From NCBI GenBank assembly GCA_965205505.1, contig CBDBHB010000008.1, positions 1 through 64,000 of the forward strand: DNA of 64,000 bases. The letters run 5' to 3'. Under the pieces are notes generated by a model, which was not told where the DNA came from, searched no databases, and worked only from the letters and a program-made list of their open reading frames with translations. This DNA comes from Acidobacteriota bacterium. Its GTDB lineage: Bacteria > Acidobacteriota > UBA890 > WLXD01. Numbering within the stretch: the first letter of the stretch is position 1; each line of letters begins with the position of its first letter. This document shows positions 9,368 to 18,080 of this stretch, piece by piece. Position numbers and translations under genes: made by a program.

Positions 9368-9927
9368 GCCGGCACCCGGTCGGCGCCGAAAATCCGCCGC
9401 AAGTCCTGCATGCCTCGGAACGCTCGAAGTTTGGCGGCACGCTCGCTGATACCGAGCATGTTACCGATCTCCCGGAACGTAAATCCCCAAACGTGATGCA
9501 GTAAAAGCGATTCGCGGCGGTTCTCCGCGACATCGAGCAGCGCCTGGCCGAGATCATCACGCTCGGGAAACAGCTCCGCAATGGGAGCTACGGGGATTTC
9601 CGGCGGCACTTCCGGGCTCGGTCCCTCATGTTTGGCCAGACGTGCTGCCGAACGCCGGTACATCAGGTACACGTGTCGGGCTATCCCGAATGCCCAGGGT
9701 TTGACGGGCCGCCCTGGCATGTAGGTGTGCCGCGAGCGATGCATCTGCAGAAACGTCTCCTGCATCAGGTCCTCGCCCCGGGACAGATCACGGGTAAGCG
9801 AGGTGAGGTAGTTGCGTAGCGGCACCGAGAGGACAGCGAACAGCTCCTCGAAAGCCTCGAGCTTGCCGTTCTGGTAGCCGACCATGCATTCGGCCAGCCG
9901 ATCTGGCGAGACATCCTCTAGTCCCAC
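9364..9927 (-). CDS. ECF RNA polymerase sigma factor
   Basis: EDLMQETFLQMHRSRHTY, KPWAFGIARH, GFTFREIGNMLGISERAAKLRAFRG; start uncertain. Confidence 0.9.
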   Translation of the reverse strand: MGLEDVSPDRLAECMVGYQNGKLEAFEELFAVLSVPLRNYLTSLTRDLSRGEDLMQETFLQMHRSRHTYMPGRPVKPWAFGIARHVYLMYRRSAARLAKHEGPSPEVPPEIPVAPIAELFPERDDLGQALLDVAENRRESLLLHHVWGFTFREIGNMLGISERAAKLRAFRGMQDLRRIFGADRVPA

Positions 9928-10179
9928 TTCCGTAACCTTTGCCCTTCGCAGTCGCTTGGTTTCCGTTTCCCGTCTTCTGCCGCGCTGAAGTCCTTTGTGC
10001 AGAACGAAAAAAGGGTTTCGGGAGCGCGGGATCGGGAGATTACCATTCTCACTGACGACCGCCCAGCTGTGATGCAACGTGTCGTGGCAACTGTCCTGAG
10101 ACCCTGAAGTTTTCGATTTAGTGTAGAACCGGCCGGCTCCATGGAGTGGGTCCGCCAAGCGTAGTCGCTGGAGGCTGAC

Positions 10180-10767
10180 GTGAAGAAGCTATTGATCCTG
10201 ATGGTGCTGGCAACGGCCGGCGCGTTTCTGGCCCCTCCGGCTTGGGCGCAGCAAGACCAGGAAGCCGCTCTGTTCGGCGGCTATTCCCTCTTGCGACTCA
10301 ACCAGGGAGATAACGTGGAGCGGGCCACCATCCACGGCTTCGTGGCCGACTACACATACTTCATGGACCGCCGTTTCGGCTTCGTGGTGAGCGGCACTTA
10401 CCATAAGGGGCCGACGGATGCGAGCACCAACGCATTCGCTGTGCCCGAGTTCGACTTCCGCCAGTACACCTTGCTCGCCGGGCCTCACGCCGTGCTGTGG
10501 CGGGGCCACACGTCGGAAGCTGGATTACGTGCGCTAGCGGGCGCCGGCTGGCGTAGGTTCCGGACCTCCGATGGAGGAGTCGAGGTGAGCGATAACGTCG
10601 AGTTTACCTGGGCTATTGAGGCACATCTCGACGTGCGGCTCTCTGACCACATCTGGCTTCGCGCCCTACAGCCGGCGATCGTTCGCACGCAGTTCAATGA
10701 CATCAAGCGTACCGACTACCGACTGAGCATAGGTCTGGTGCTGCACGCCGGGAACATCCTGCAGTAG
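10180..10767 (+). CDS. Outer-membrane beta-barrel protein
   Basis: Signal peptide, LFGGYS start, amphipathic strands, RLSIGLV near the C-terminus; GGAGG RBS. Confidence 0.7.
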   Translation: MKKLLILMVLATAGAFLAPPAWAQQDQEAALFGGYSLLRLNQGDNVERATIHGFVADYTYFMDRRFGFVVSGTYHKGPTDASTNAFAVPEFDFRQYTLLAGPHAVLWRGHTSEAGLRALAGAGWRRFRTSDGGVEVSDNVEFTWAIEAHLDVRLSDHIWLRALQPAIVRTQFNDIKRTDYRLSIGLVLHAGNILQ

Positions 10768-10857
10768 GCTCGTCGGGCAGCAAGCCTCCGCCGGGCGAGC
10801 TTCCCACCGACACCCAGGGCCGGCGACACTCGCGACGCCGTCGTAGAATCGGCGGCA

Positions 10858-13518
10858 ATGTCCACCCGCCCCACACCTCTGTCTGAAGTCGACCCGCGCG
10901 AGACGCGCGAGTGGATCGAAAGTCTCGAGGCCGTTCTGCACCACGACGGCCGCGAGCGCGCCGCGTTCCTCCTGGCTCGCCTTGCTGATCGCGCCCGCCT
11001 CGACGGCATCGAGGTGTCGACGCTTCCATCGCGCTATACGAACACCATCGGCGTCGACCGCCAGCCCTCTTATCCCGGCGACCTCGAGCTCGAAGCCCGA
11101 ATCTCGGCCTGTGTGCGTTGGAACGCCATGGCAATGGTGGTGCGGGCGAATCGCCAGGCGCCCGAGCTCGGCGGCCACCTGTCGACCTATGCCTCCGCCG
11201 AGGCACTCTACGAGGTCGGCTTCAACCACTTCTTCCGTGCTCGCACCGATGAGCACGCCGGCGACCTGGTCTATTTTCAAGGGCACTCGTCGCCCGGGAT
11301 CTACGCGCGCGCCTTTCTCGAAGGACGCCTGACCGAGGAAGATCTCGACAGGTTCCGACGCGAGGCGGAGGCCGACGGACTGTCGTCGTATCCACACCCC
11401 TGGCTCATGCGTGACTTCTGGCAGTTTGCCACCGTCTCGATGGGCCTCGGCCCGATCATGGCGATCTACCAGGCTCGTTTTCTGCGATACCTGGAGAACC
11501 GCGGCCTCACTCCTCGCAGCAACCGTAAGATCTGGGCTTTCCTCGGCGACGGCGAGATGGACGAGCCCGAGTCCATGGGCGCCATCACGGTGGCGGCTCG
11601 CCAGGGACTGGACAACTTGGTGTTTGTCGTCAACTGCAACTTGCAGCGGCTCGATGGCCCGGTACGCGGTAACGGCAGCATTGTGCGCGAGCTTGAGGCA
11701 GTGTTCCGAGGCGCCGGGTGGAACGTTCTGAAGGTGCTTTGGGGAACGGACTGGGACGAGTGGCTCACCGGACCGCACGCCGACTTGCTCGTGCGTCGCA
11801 TGGAGGAGGCGGTCGACGGCGACTACCAGGCCTACGCCGCAGACGGCACAGGCAAGTTGCTGCGTGAGGAGTTCTTCGGCCGCTACCCGGAGCTCGCCAG
11901 CCTGGTGGAGAAGATGACCGATGCGGAGATCGCCGCCATGCCGTCGCGGCGTGGCGGTCACGACGAGCGCAAGGTCTACGCGGCGTTCGCCGCGGCCGTA
12001 GCACACCGCGGTCAACCGACGATCATCCTGGCCAAGACCATCAAAGGCTATGGACTGGGGACCGCCGCGGCGCGCAACCCGACCCACCAGCAGAAGAAGC
12101 TCTCCGACGCGGGGATTCGCGCATACCGCGATTGGCTCGACCTACCGATCCCCGACGAGGAGATCGACGCCCTGCCCTACGTACAACTCCCCGATAGCGC
12201 CGCCAAGTATCTGGATGAGCGCCGCGCGGAGCTCGGCGGCGCGTTCCCATCACGACGAGTCGTCGCCGAGCCGCTGGAGGTGCCTGCGCTCGACGCCTTC
12301 AAGGCGCAGCTGAAACCATCTGGCGATCGCGAGTTCTCCACCACGATGGTGTTCGTTCGTATTCTGTCGACGTTGTTGCGCAACGAGGCCATCGGCCCGC
12401 GTGTGGTTCCGATCGTGCCTGACGAGGCGCGCACCTTCGGCATGGAGGGCTTGTTCCGGCAGGTCGGCATCTACGCTCCTTACGGACAGCTCTATACACC
12501 GACCGATCGTGACCAGCTCGCCTACTACCGCGAGGATCAGGACGGCCAGATTCTGCAAGAGGGAATCACCGAAGCCGGCGCGTTCTCTTCGTGGATAGCC
12601 GCCGCGACGGCGTATGCAAACCACGATCTGCGCATGATCCCCTTCTATATTTACTATTCCATGTTCGGGCTACAGCGCATTGGCGACCTCGCGTGGGCCG
12701 CCGCCGACATGCAGGCCCGTGGCTTCCTGCTCGGAGCCACCTCGGGACGAACCACGCTGGCCGGCGAAGGCCTACAGCACACGGATGGACACAGCCACGT
12801 GCTGGCCTCGGCGATCCCTACTTGCCGAGCCTACGATCCAACCTACGCCCACGAGGTCGCGGTCATCATCCAGCATGGTTTGCAGGCGATGTACGTCAAC
12901 GACGAAGCGGCGTTCTACTACGTCACACTGATGAACGAGAACTACCCGCACCCGGGATTGCCCGAGGACGCTGCCGACGGCATCGTGCGGGGCATGTATC
13001 TGCTCCGAAGCGCGGCAGCGACACCGCAGGTGCAGCTGATGGGTAGCGGCGCGATCCTGCGCGAGGTCGAGGCTGCCGCACAGATGCTGGGCAACGATTT
13101 CGACGTCGCCGCTGATGTTTGGAGCGTCACCAGCTTTACCGAGCTCGGCCGCGACGGCATGGCGGCAGCGCGCTGGAACCGTCTCCACCCGGAAGCGCCG
13201 GCGCGCCGCTGTTTCGTTCAGCAGCAGCTAGCCGAGCGTCCGGGACCGGTTGTCGCCGCGACGGACTATTTGGAGACGTTCGCGGAGCAAGTCCGACCAT
13301 TTGTCGAGCGTCGGTTCGTCGCCCTGGGCACCAACGGCTTCGGGCGCAGCGACACACGCGCAACGCTACGCTCCTTCTTCGAGGTTGATCGTCGCCATGT
13401 CGTCGTCGCGGCCCTGAAAGCACTTGCCGACGACGGCGTGGTCGGACCGGAGACGGTAACCACCGCGATCAACAAGTACGATATCGACCCCGACGCTGCC
13501 GACCCGGCAACCGTCTAG
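10858..13518 (+). CDS. aceE: Pyruvate dehydrogenase E1, homodimeric type
   Basis: DPRETREWIES, GGHLSTYAS, TVSMGLGP, GDGEMDEPES...NCNLQRLDGP, PDEARTFGMEG, GFGRSDTR. Confidence 0.98.
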   Translation: MSTRPTPLSEVDPRETREWIESLEAVLHHDGRERAAFLLARLADRARLDGIEVSTLPSRYTNTIGVDRQPSYPGDLELEARISACVRWNAMAMVVRANRQAPELGGHLSTYASAEALYEVGFNHFFRARTDEHAGDLVYFQGHSSPGIYARAFLEGRLTEEDLDRFRREAEADGLSSYPHPWLMRDFWQFATVSMGLGPIMAIYQARFLRYLENRGLTPRSNRKIWAFLGDGEMDEPESMGAITVAARQGLDNLVFVVNCNLQRLDGPVRGNGSIVRELEAVFRGAGWNVLKVLWGTDWDEWLTGPHADLLVRRMEEAVDGDYQAYAADGTGKLLREEFFGRYPELASLVEKMTDAEIAAMPSRRGGHDERKVYAAFAAAVAHRGQPTIILAKTIKGYGLGTAAARNPTHQQKKLSDAGIRAYRDWLDLPIPDEEIDALPYVQLPDSAAKYLDERRAELGGAFPSRRVVAEPLEVPALDAFKAQLKPSGDREFSTTMVFVRILSTLLRNEAIGPRVVPIVPDEARTFGMEGLFRQVGIYAPYGQLYTPTDRDQLAYYREDQDGQILQEGITEAGAFSSWIAAATAYANHDLRMIPFYIYYSMFGLQRIGDLAWAAADMQARGFLLGATSGRTTLAGEGLQHTDGHSHVLASAIPTCRAYDPTYAHEVAVIIQHGLQAMYVNDEAAFYYVTLMNENYPHPGLPEDAADGIVRGMYLLRSAAATPQVQLMGSGAILREVEAAAQMLGNDFDVAADVWSVTSFTELGRDGMAAARWNRLHPEAPARRCFVQQQLAERPGPVVAATDYLETFAEQVRPFVERRFVALGTNGFGRSDTRATLRSFFEVDRRHVVVAALKALADDGVVGPETVTTAINKYDIDPDAADPATV

Positions 13519-13542
13519 GACCGACCGACACCGGAGACGAAG

Positions 13543-14817
13543 TTGGCTCAGATACGAGAGGTCCACGTCCCGGACATCGGCGAGTTCGACGATGTCGAGG
13601 TTGTGGAGTTGCTGGTTGCACCCGGCGACACCGTATCGGTGGATCAGTCGCTGATCACGCTTGAAAGCGACAAGGCCTCCATGGAGGTGCCGTCGCCCAC
13701 GGCGGGTGTTGTTGCTGAGCTCCGTGTCGCCATCGGCGATACCGTGGCCGAGGGCAACGTGATCTTGACCCTCGAAGAATCCACGGCCGAATCCGGTGAC
13801 CAACCATCGTCGGGCGGAGACCCGTTCAAGACCTTCCACCAGGAGCCGCGCGCCCCCGAGCCGGAGATGGCCTCGCCGGGGCCCCCACCTCGTGGGCAGG
13901 CCCCGCCGATCACCGCCGAGCCTGTCGATCCAGCGTCCCTTCCCTGGGCAAGCCCGTCGACCCGTAAGCTGGCGCGCGAGCTCGGGGTCGACCTCTCGAT
14001 ACTGGTCGGCAGCGGGCGCGACGGACGTTTCACACCGGCGGATGTCGAGGCCGGCGCGACGCGGGCCACGACCACCGCCTCGGCGCTGCCCGAGATGCCG
14101 GCGATCGACTTCGCCAAGTTCGGAGACGTCGAGATCCAGCCGCTGACCCGTATCCAGAGGCTAACCGGTAAGAATCTGCACCGGGCATGGCTACACGTGC
14201 CACACGTCACGCAGTTCGACGAGGCCGACATTACCGAGCTCGAGGCCTTCCGCAGGGAACACAAGGCCGAGGCCGAGGGGTTCGGGTTCAAGCTCACCTT
14301 CGTCAGCTTCATGCTAACGGCGGCGGCCGCCGCCCTACGGAAGTTTCCGAGCTTCAACTCATCGCTCGATCCGGCCGGCGGTGGACTCGTCGCCAAGCGC
14401 TACACGCACATAGGCGTGGCCGTTGAGACCCCGAAGGGTCTCGTCGTGCCGGTAATCCGCGACGTCGACAAGAAGCGTGTCTTCGAGCTCGCCAAGGAGC
14501 TCGCCGACGTCAGCTCCCGGGCCCGCGAACGAAAGCTCACCCCATCAGATCTTCAGGGGGGCAGCTTCACGATCTCCAGCCTCGGCGGCATCGGCGGCAC
14601 TGCCTTTACACCGATCGTCAACGCCCCGGAAGTCGCCATCCTCGGGGTCTCGCGCGCCCAAATGCGACCCGTCTGGCAGGACGGGGAGTTCGTCCCGCGC
14701 CTCATGCTGCCACTGTCTCTTTCTTACGACCATCGGGTCATCGACGGCGCTACCGCCGCCAGGTTCACCACCTACCTGGCCGGCGTGCTTTCGGATATCC
14801 GCAACTTGCTGCTGTAG
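13543..14817 (+). CDS. aceF: Dihydrolipoamide acetyltransferase E2 (one lipoyl domain)
   Basis: LESDKASMEVP lipoyl motif, ASPSTRKLARE E3-binding, SYDHRVIDGA. Confidence 0.97.
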   Translation: MAQIREVHVPDIGEFDDVEVVELLVAPGDTVSVDQSLITLESDKASMEVPSPTAGVVAELRVAIGDTVAEGNVILTLEESTAESGDQPSSGGDPFKTFHQEPRAPEPEMASPGPPPRGQAPPITAEPVDPASLPWASPSTRKLARELGVDLSILVGSGRDGRFTPADVEAGATRATTTASALPEMPAIDFAKFGDVEIQPLTRIQRLTGKNLHRAWLHVPHVTQFDEADITELEAFRREHKAEAEGFGFKLTFVSFMLTAAAAALRKFPSFNSSLDPAGGGLVAKRYTHIGVAVETPKGLVVPVIRDVDKKRVFELAKELADVSSRARERKLTPSDLQGGSFTISSLGGIGGTAFTPIVNAPEVAILGVSRAQMRPVWQDGEFVPRLMLPLSLSYDHRVIDGATAARFTTYLAGVLSDIRNLLL

Positions 14818-14826
14818 AAAGCCGCG

Positions 14827-16605
14827 ATGACCGATCTGATCGAGGTTCGCGTGCCCGACATCGGCGACTTCGACAACGTCGAGGTCACCGAGTTGATGGT
14901 GCGGCCAGGCGACGTCGTCGAGCCCGAGGCCTCTCTGATAACGCTCGAGAGCGACAAGGCCAGCCTCGAGCTGCCAGCGCTAGTCGGCGGCATCGTGCGG
15001 CAGCTGCACGTGGCAATTGGAGATACGGTATCGGAGGGGTCGCTGGTCGCCAGCATCGAGCCGAGCGGCGGCGGCGACGTCGATGCTGAACCGCCGGCAC
15101 CGCACATCCGCCAGCAACCCGCCGCGCCGGAGCCCGAGCAGCCATCGCCGACACCTCCGCCACGAGCGTCATCGTCGGAAACGCCGTTGCCCACCGCTGA
15201 TATCCGGACCGAGGTGGTGGTGATCGGATCCGGCCCCGGTGGCTACACGGCCGCGTTCCGAGCCGCCGATCTGGGCAAGCAGGTGGTGCTCGTCGAGCGC
15301 TTCCCGAGCCTCGGCGGAGTGTGCCTCAACGTCGGGTGCATCCCCTCCAAGGCCATGCTGCATGCTGCTGCGCTGATCGACGAAGCCGCCGAGTTCAAGA
15401 GTCGCGGCATCGATTTCGGAACGCCGAAATTCGACCTCCCAGCGCTCGCGAACTGGAAGGACGGCGTCGTCGACGGGCTGACCGGGGGGCTCGCGCAGCT
15501 CGCCAAGAAGCGCGGCGTCACCGTGGTTCAGGGTCGAGCGACCTTCACGGGCGAGCACACGCTGTTGATTGAACAACAACAAGAACAGCGGACGTTGGCC
15601 TACCAGAACGCCATCATCGCCGCCGGGTCGCGCCCCGCCATGCTCCCCGGACTACCCGAGGACGACGACCGCTTGTGGACATCGAACGAGGCCATCCGAT
15701 TCGACCGCATACCGAAGCGCCTGCTGGTGGTCGGCGGCGGCATCATCGGTCTCGAATTGGCCCAGGTCTACGGCTCGCTCGGTAGCAGGGTCACGGTGGT
15801 CGAGCTACTCGACGGCCTGATGCCCGGAGCGGACCGCGACCTCGTGCGCCTGCTGGAGCGGCGTATCAAGACGCGCTACGAGAACATATTCACAGCCACG
15901 AAGGTCACGGCGATCAAACCCCTCAAGGGCGGCCTCAAGGTCACCATGGAAGGCCCCAAAGCACCCGATGTCGATACTTTCGACGCCGTGCTAGTTGCCG
16001 TCGGCCGGCGACCGAATGGCGACCGCATCGGAGCGGAGGTCGCCGGCGTCCACGTCGACGCACGCGGCTTCGTTGCCACCGACCTGCAACAGCGCACCAA
16101 CGTGGCGCACATCTTCGCTATTGGCGACATCGCCGGCGAGCCCATGCTGGCCCACAAGGCAACTCATGAGGGAAAGGTCGCGGCCGAGGTGATCGCCGGC
16201 AAGGCGAGCGCATTCGACGCTAGCGTGATCCCGTCGGTCGCCTACACGGACCCGGAGGTCGCTTGGGTAGGGATCACCGAGGAGGAGGCCGCTGACCAGG
16301 GCATCGAAGTCGAGAAGGGGCGTATCCCCTGGGGTGCGAGTGGTCGCGCTCAAGGACTGGGTCGGCCCGAGGGGTTGACCAAGCTGCTCTTCGACGCCAC
16401 CAACGGGCGCCTGCTCGGCGCCGGCTTCGTCGGAGCCCACGCCGGCGACCTCATCGGCGAGGCAGCGCTGGCAATCGAAATGGGGGCTAACGCCGCCGAT
16501 ATCGGGCTCACCATTCACCCGCATCCGACGCTCTCGGAGACGCTGGCCTTCGCGGCCGAGGCCGTCGAGGGCACGCTGACCGATCTGTACCTGCCGAAGC
16601 GTTAG
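14827..16605 (+). CDS. lpdA: Dihydrolipoamide dehydrogenase with N-terminal lipoyl domain
   Basis: LESDKASLELP lipoyl; GSGPGGY; GGVCLNVGCIPSK; HPHPTLSE. Confidence 0.97.
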   Translation: MTDLIEVRVPDIGDFDNVEVTELMVRPGDVVEPEASLITLESDKASLELPALVGGIVRQLHVAIGDTVSEGSLVASIEPSGGGDVDAEPPAPHIRQQPAAPEPEQPSPTPPPRASSSETPLPTADIRTEVVVIGSGPGGYTAAFRAADLGKQVVLVERFPSLGGVCLNVGCIPSKAMLHAAALIDEAAEFKSRGIDFGTPKFDLPALANWKDGVVDGLTGGLAQLAKKRGVTVVQGRATFTGEHTLLIEQQQEQRTLAYQNAIIAAGSRPAMLPGLPEDDDRLWTSNEAIRFDRIPKRLLVVGGGIIGLELAQVYGSLGSRVTVVELLDGLMPGADRDLVRLLERRIKTRYENIFTATKVTAIKPLKGGLKVTMEGPKAPDVDTFDAVLVAVGRRPNGDRIGAEVAGVHVDARGFVATDLQQRTNVAHIFAIGDIAGEPMLAHKATHEGKVAAEVIAGKASAFDASVIPSVAYTDPEVAWVGITEEEAADQGIEVEKGRIPWGASGRAQGLGRPEGLTKLLFDATNGRLLGAGFVGAHAGDLIGEAALAIEMGANAADIGLTIHPHPTLSETLAFAAEAVEGTLTDLYLPKR

Positions 16606-16618
16606 CAGGCCGTGGTGC

Positions 16619-16822
16619 TCAGGGGGCCGCGACGCGGCCGGCTGCCGCGGACCCGACGAACTCGCCTGCTCTGGTACTGCTGAGCTTGGCATCCCACTCG
16701 GGATCGGGGCGCTGCCCTGCGGTTGTCTTGAAGTAAACCTGTAACAGCGCGGCAACGGCGAAGGGCTCGAGCACGGCCGCCTTGGTTGCCCAGGCCACGG
16801 CCAGCGCCACGACAAACCCCAT
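16619..16822 (-). pseudogene. C-terminal fragment of an uncharacterised membrane protein
   Basis: AWATKAAVLEPFAVAALLQVYFKTTAGQRPDPEWDAKLS reads as protein-like but no N-terminal portion is present. Confidence 0.45.
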
Positions 16823-17076
16823 CCACGCTACGGGCCCCGGTAGGAGGGCGATCAGAAGGCTCGCTGTGGCGGGTGGCTGCTGCCAAGCGAACCTCGAGTT
16901 GGTGCGATTACCCGAGCGACCTTAGCGGTGCCCGTCGGGACGAACAAGCTTCGCGCTGGCGCGGGCGGCGGCTTCCCGTCCGGACCTTCGGAAGCTCAGT
17001 CAACCGATACACTCGGGTCGCAGGAATGGTCCGCCGTCACCGGTAGCGCCCACCGCTCACACCGACCTTCTCTGAG

Positions 17077-17955
17077 ATGCGGCGAATGCGATTCGATCCG
17101 ATCCTGGTGCCAGCTCTGGTGCTCGGCCTGTTGTCGATTTCCGTCGCCGCCACCGCACAGGAAGGCACCTCCTCCCCGGCCGAGCTGGCAGGCTGGTCGG
17201 GCACTGCGGAGGCCACATTCGTGTTCGCTGGTGGCAACTCCGAGGCGAGCAGCCTCGGCTTTCGCCTTGCGATTGGTCGTGACTGGCTCGGGGGCACGCT
17301 GGCGCTAGAGGGTGGTGGCATTCGCGTGAGGTCGAGCACCCGCACTCAGACGGCGGTCGGCAACATCAACGATTTTTCGGTGTTGGAAGAGACGTTGACC
17401 AGCCTCACTGCGGAGAACTACTACGCGCGCGCGCGCTTTGACCATCCCCTCAGCGCCGACCTCCTTTGGTATGTGGGTGGCGGCTGGGAGCGCAACCATT
17501 TCGCGGGAATCGACAGCCGCTACGCGATCGCCGCCGGTATGAGCCGTATGTGGTTGGAGAACGAGCGCTCGCATTTGCGCGCGGATCTCGGGCTCACATA
17601 CACGCACGAGAGCTTCGTTGCTGCTATCGATGGTGCCGATTTCGGCGGGTTGCGTTTCTCCTGGGACGCTAGGCGAAAGCTGAGCGACTCAACAACTTTC
17701 GAGAGCAAGCTGGTCGTGGATGACAGCCTCGCGGAGATGGCCGACCTGCGCGCTGATTTTCTCAACTCGCTGGCAGTAGCGATGAGCGACCGGCTGGCGC
17801 TCAAGATCAGCTTCCAGGTGATGTGGGACAACCGACCGGCGCTCGTCGGCATACCCCTGGTACTCTTGGACGGTTCCGTACCGGGAGACATCGTGCTGGT
17901 CCCACTCGGTAAGACCGATAGCCTCTTGACGCTTGCGCTGATGGTCAACTTTTGA
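17077..17955 (+). CDS. DUF481 (YdiY-like) outer-membrane protein
   Basis: Signal peptide; WSG.AE..FVFAGGNS, WERNHFAGIDSR, WDNRP, C-terminal F. Confidence 0.85.
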   Translation: MRRMRFDPILVPALVLGLLSISVAATAQEGTSSPAELAGWSGTAEATFVFAGGNSEASSLGFRLAIGRDWLGGTLALEGGGIRVRSSTRTQTAVGNINDFSVLEETLTSLTAENYYARARFDHPLSADLLWYVGGGWERNHFAGIDSRYAIAAGMSRMWLENERSHLRADLGLTYTHESFVAAIDGADFGGLRFSWDARRKLSDSTTFESKLVVDDSLAEMADLRADFLNSLAVAMSDRLALKISFQVMWDNRPALVGIPLVLLDGSVPGDIVLVPLGKTDSLLTLALMVNF

Positions 17956-18080
17956 CGCGCATGCCCGACGCTGTAGTCGTTTACGGGTTCTTAGCGCCGC
18001 ACCCTATCGCTGTTGGACTTTTCTCCTGGTGATACCGATTCTGTTCCAACGGGTTCGGCAGCTGCGAACAGATCGCGACG

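Noticed and set aside
10666-12087. Long antisense or alternate-frame ORFs (also 7664-8887, 18420-19688, 25496-26644, 57276-58436, 61586-62935)
   Set aside because: High-GC shadow ORFs overlapping well-supported genes, with no motifs.
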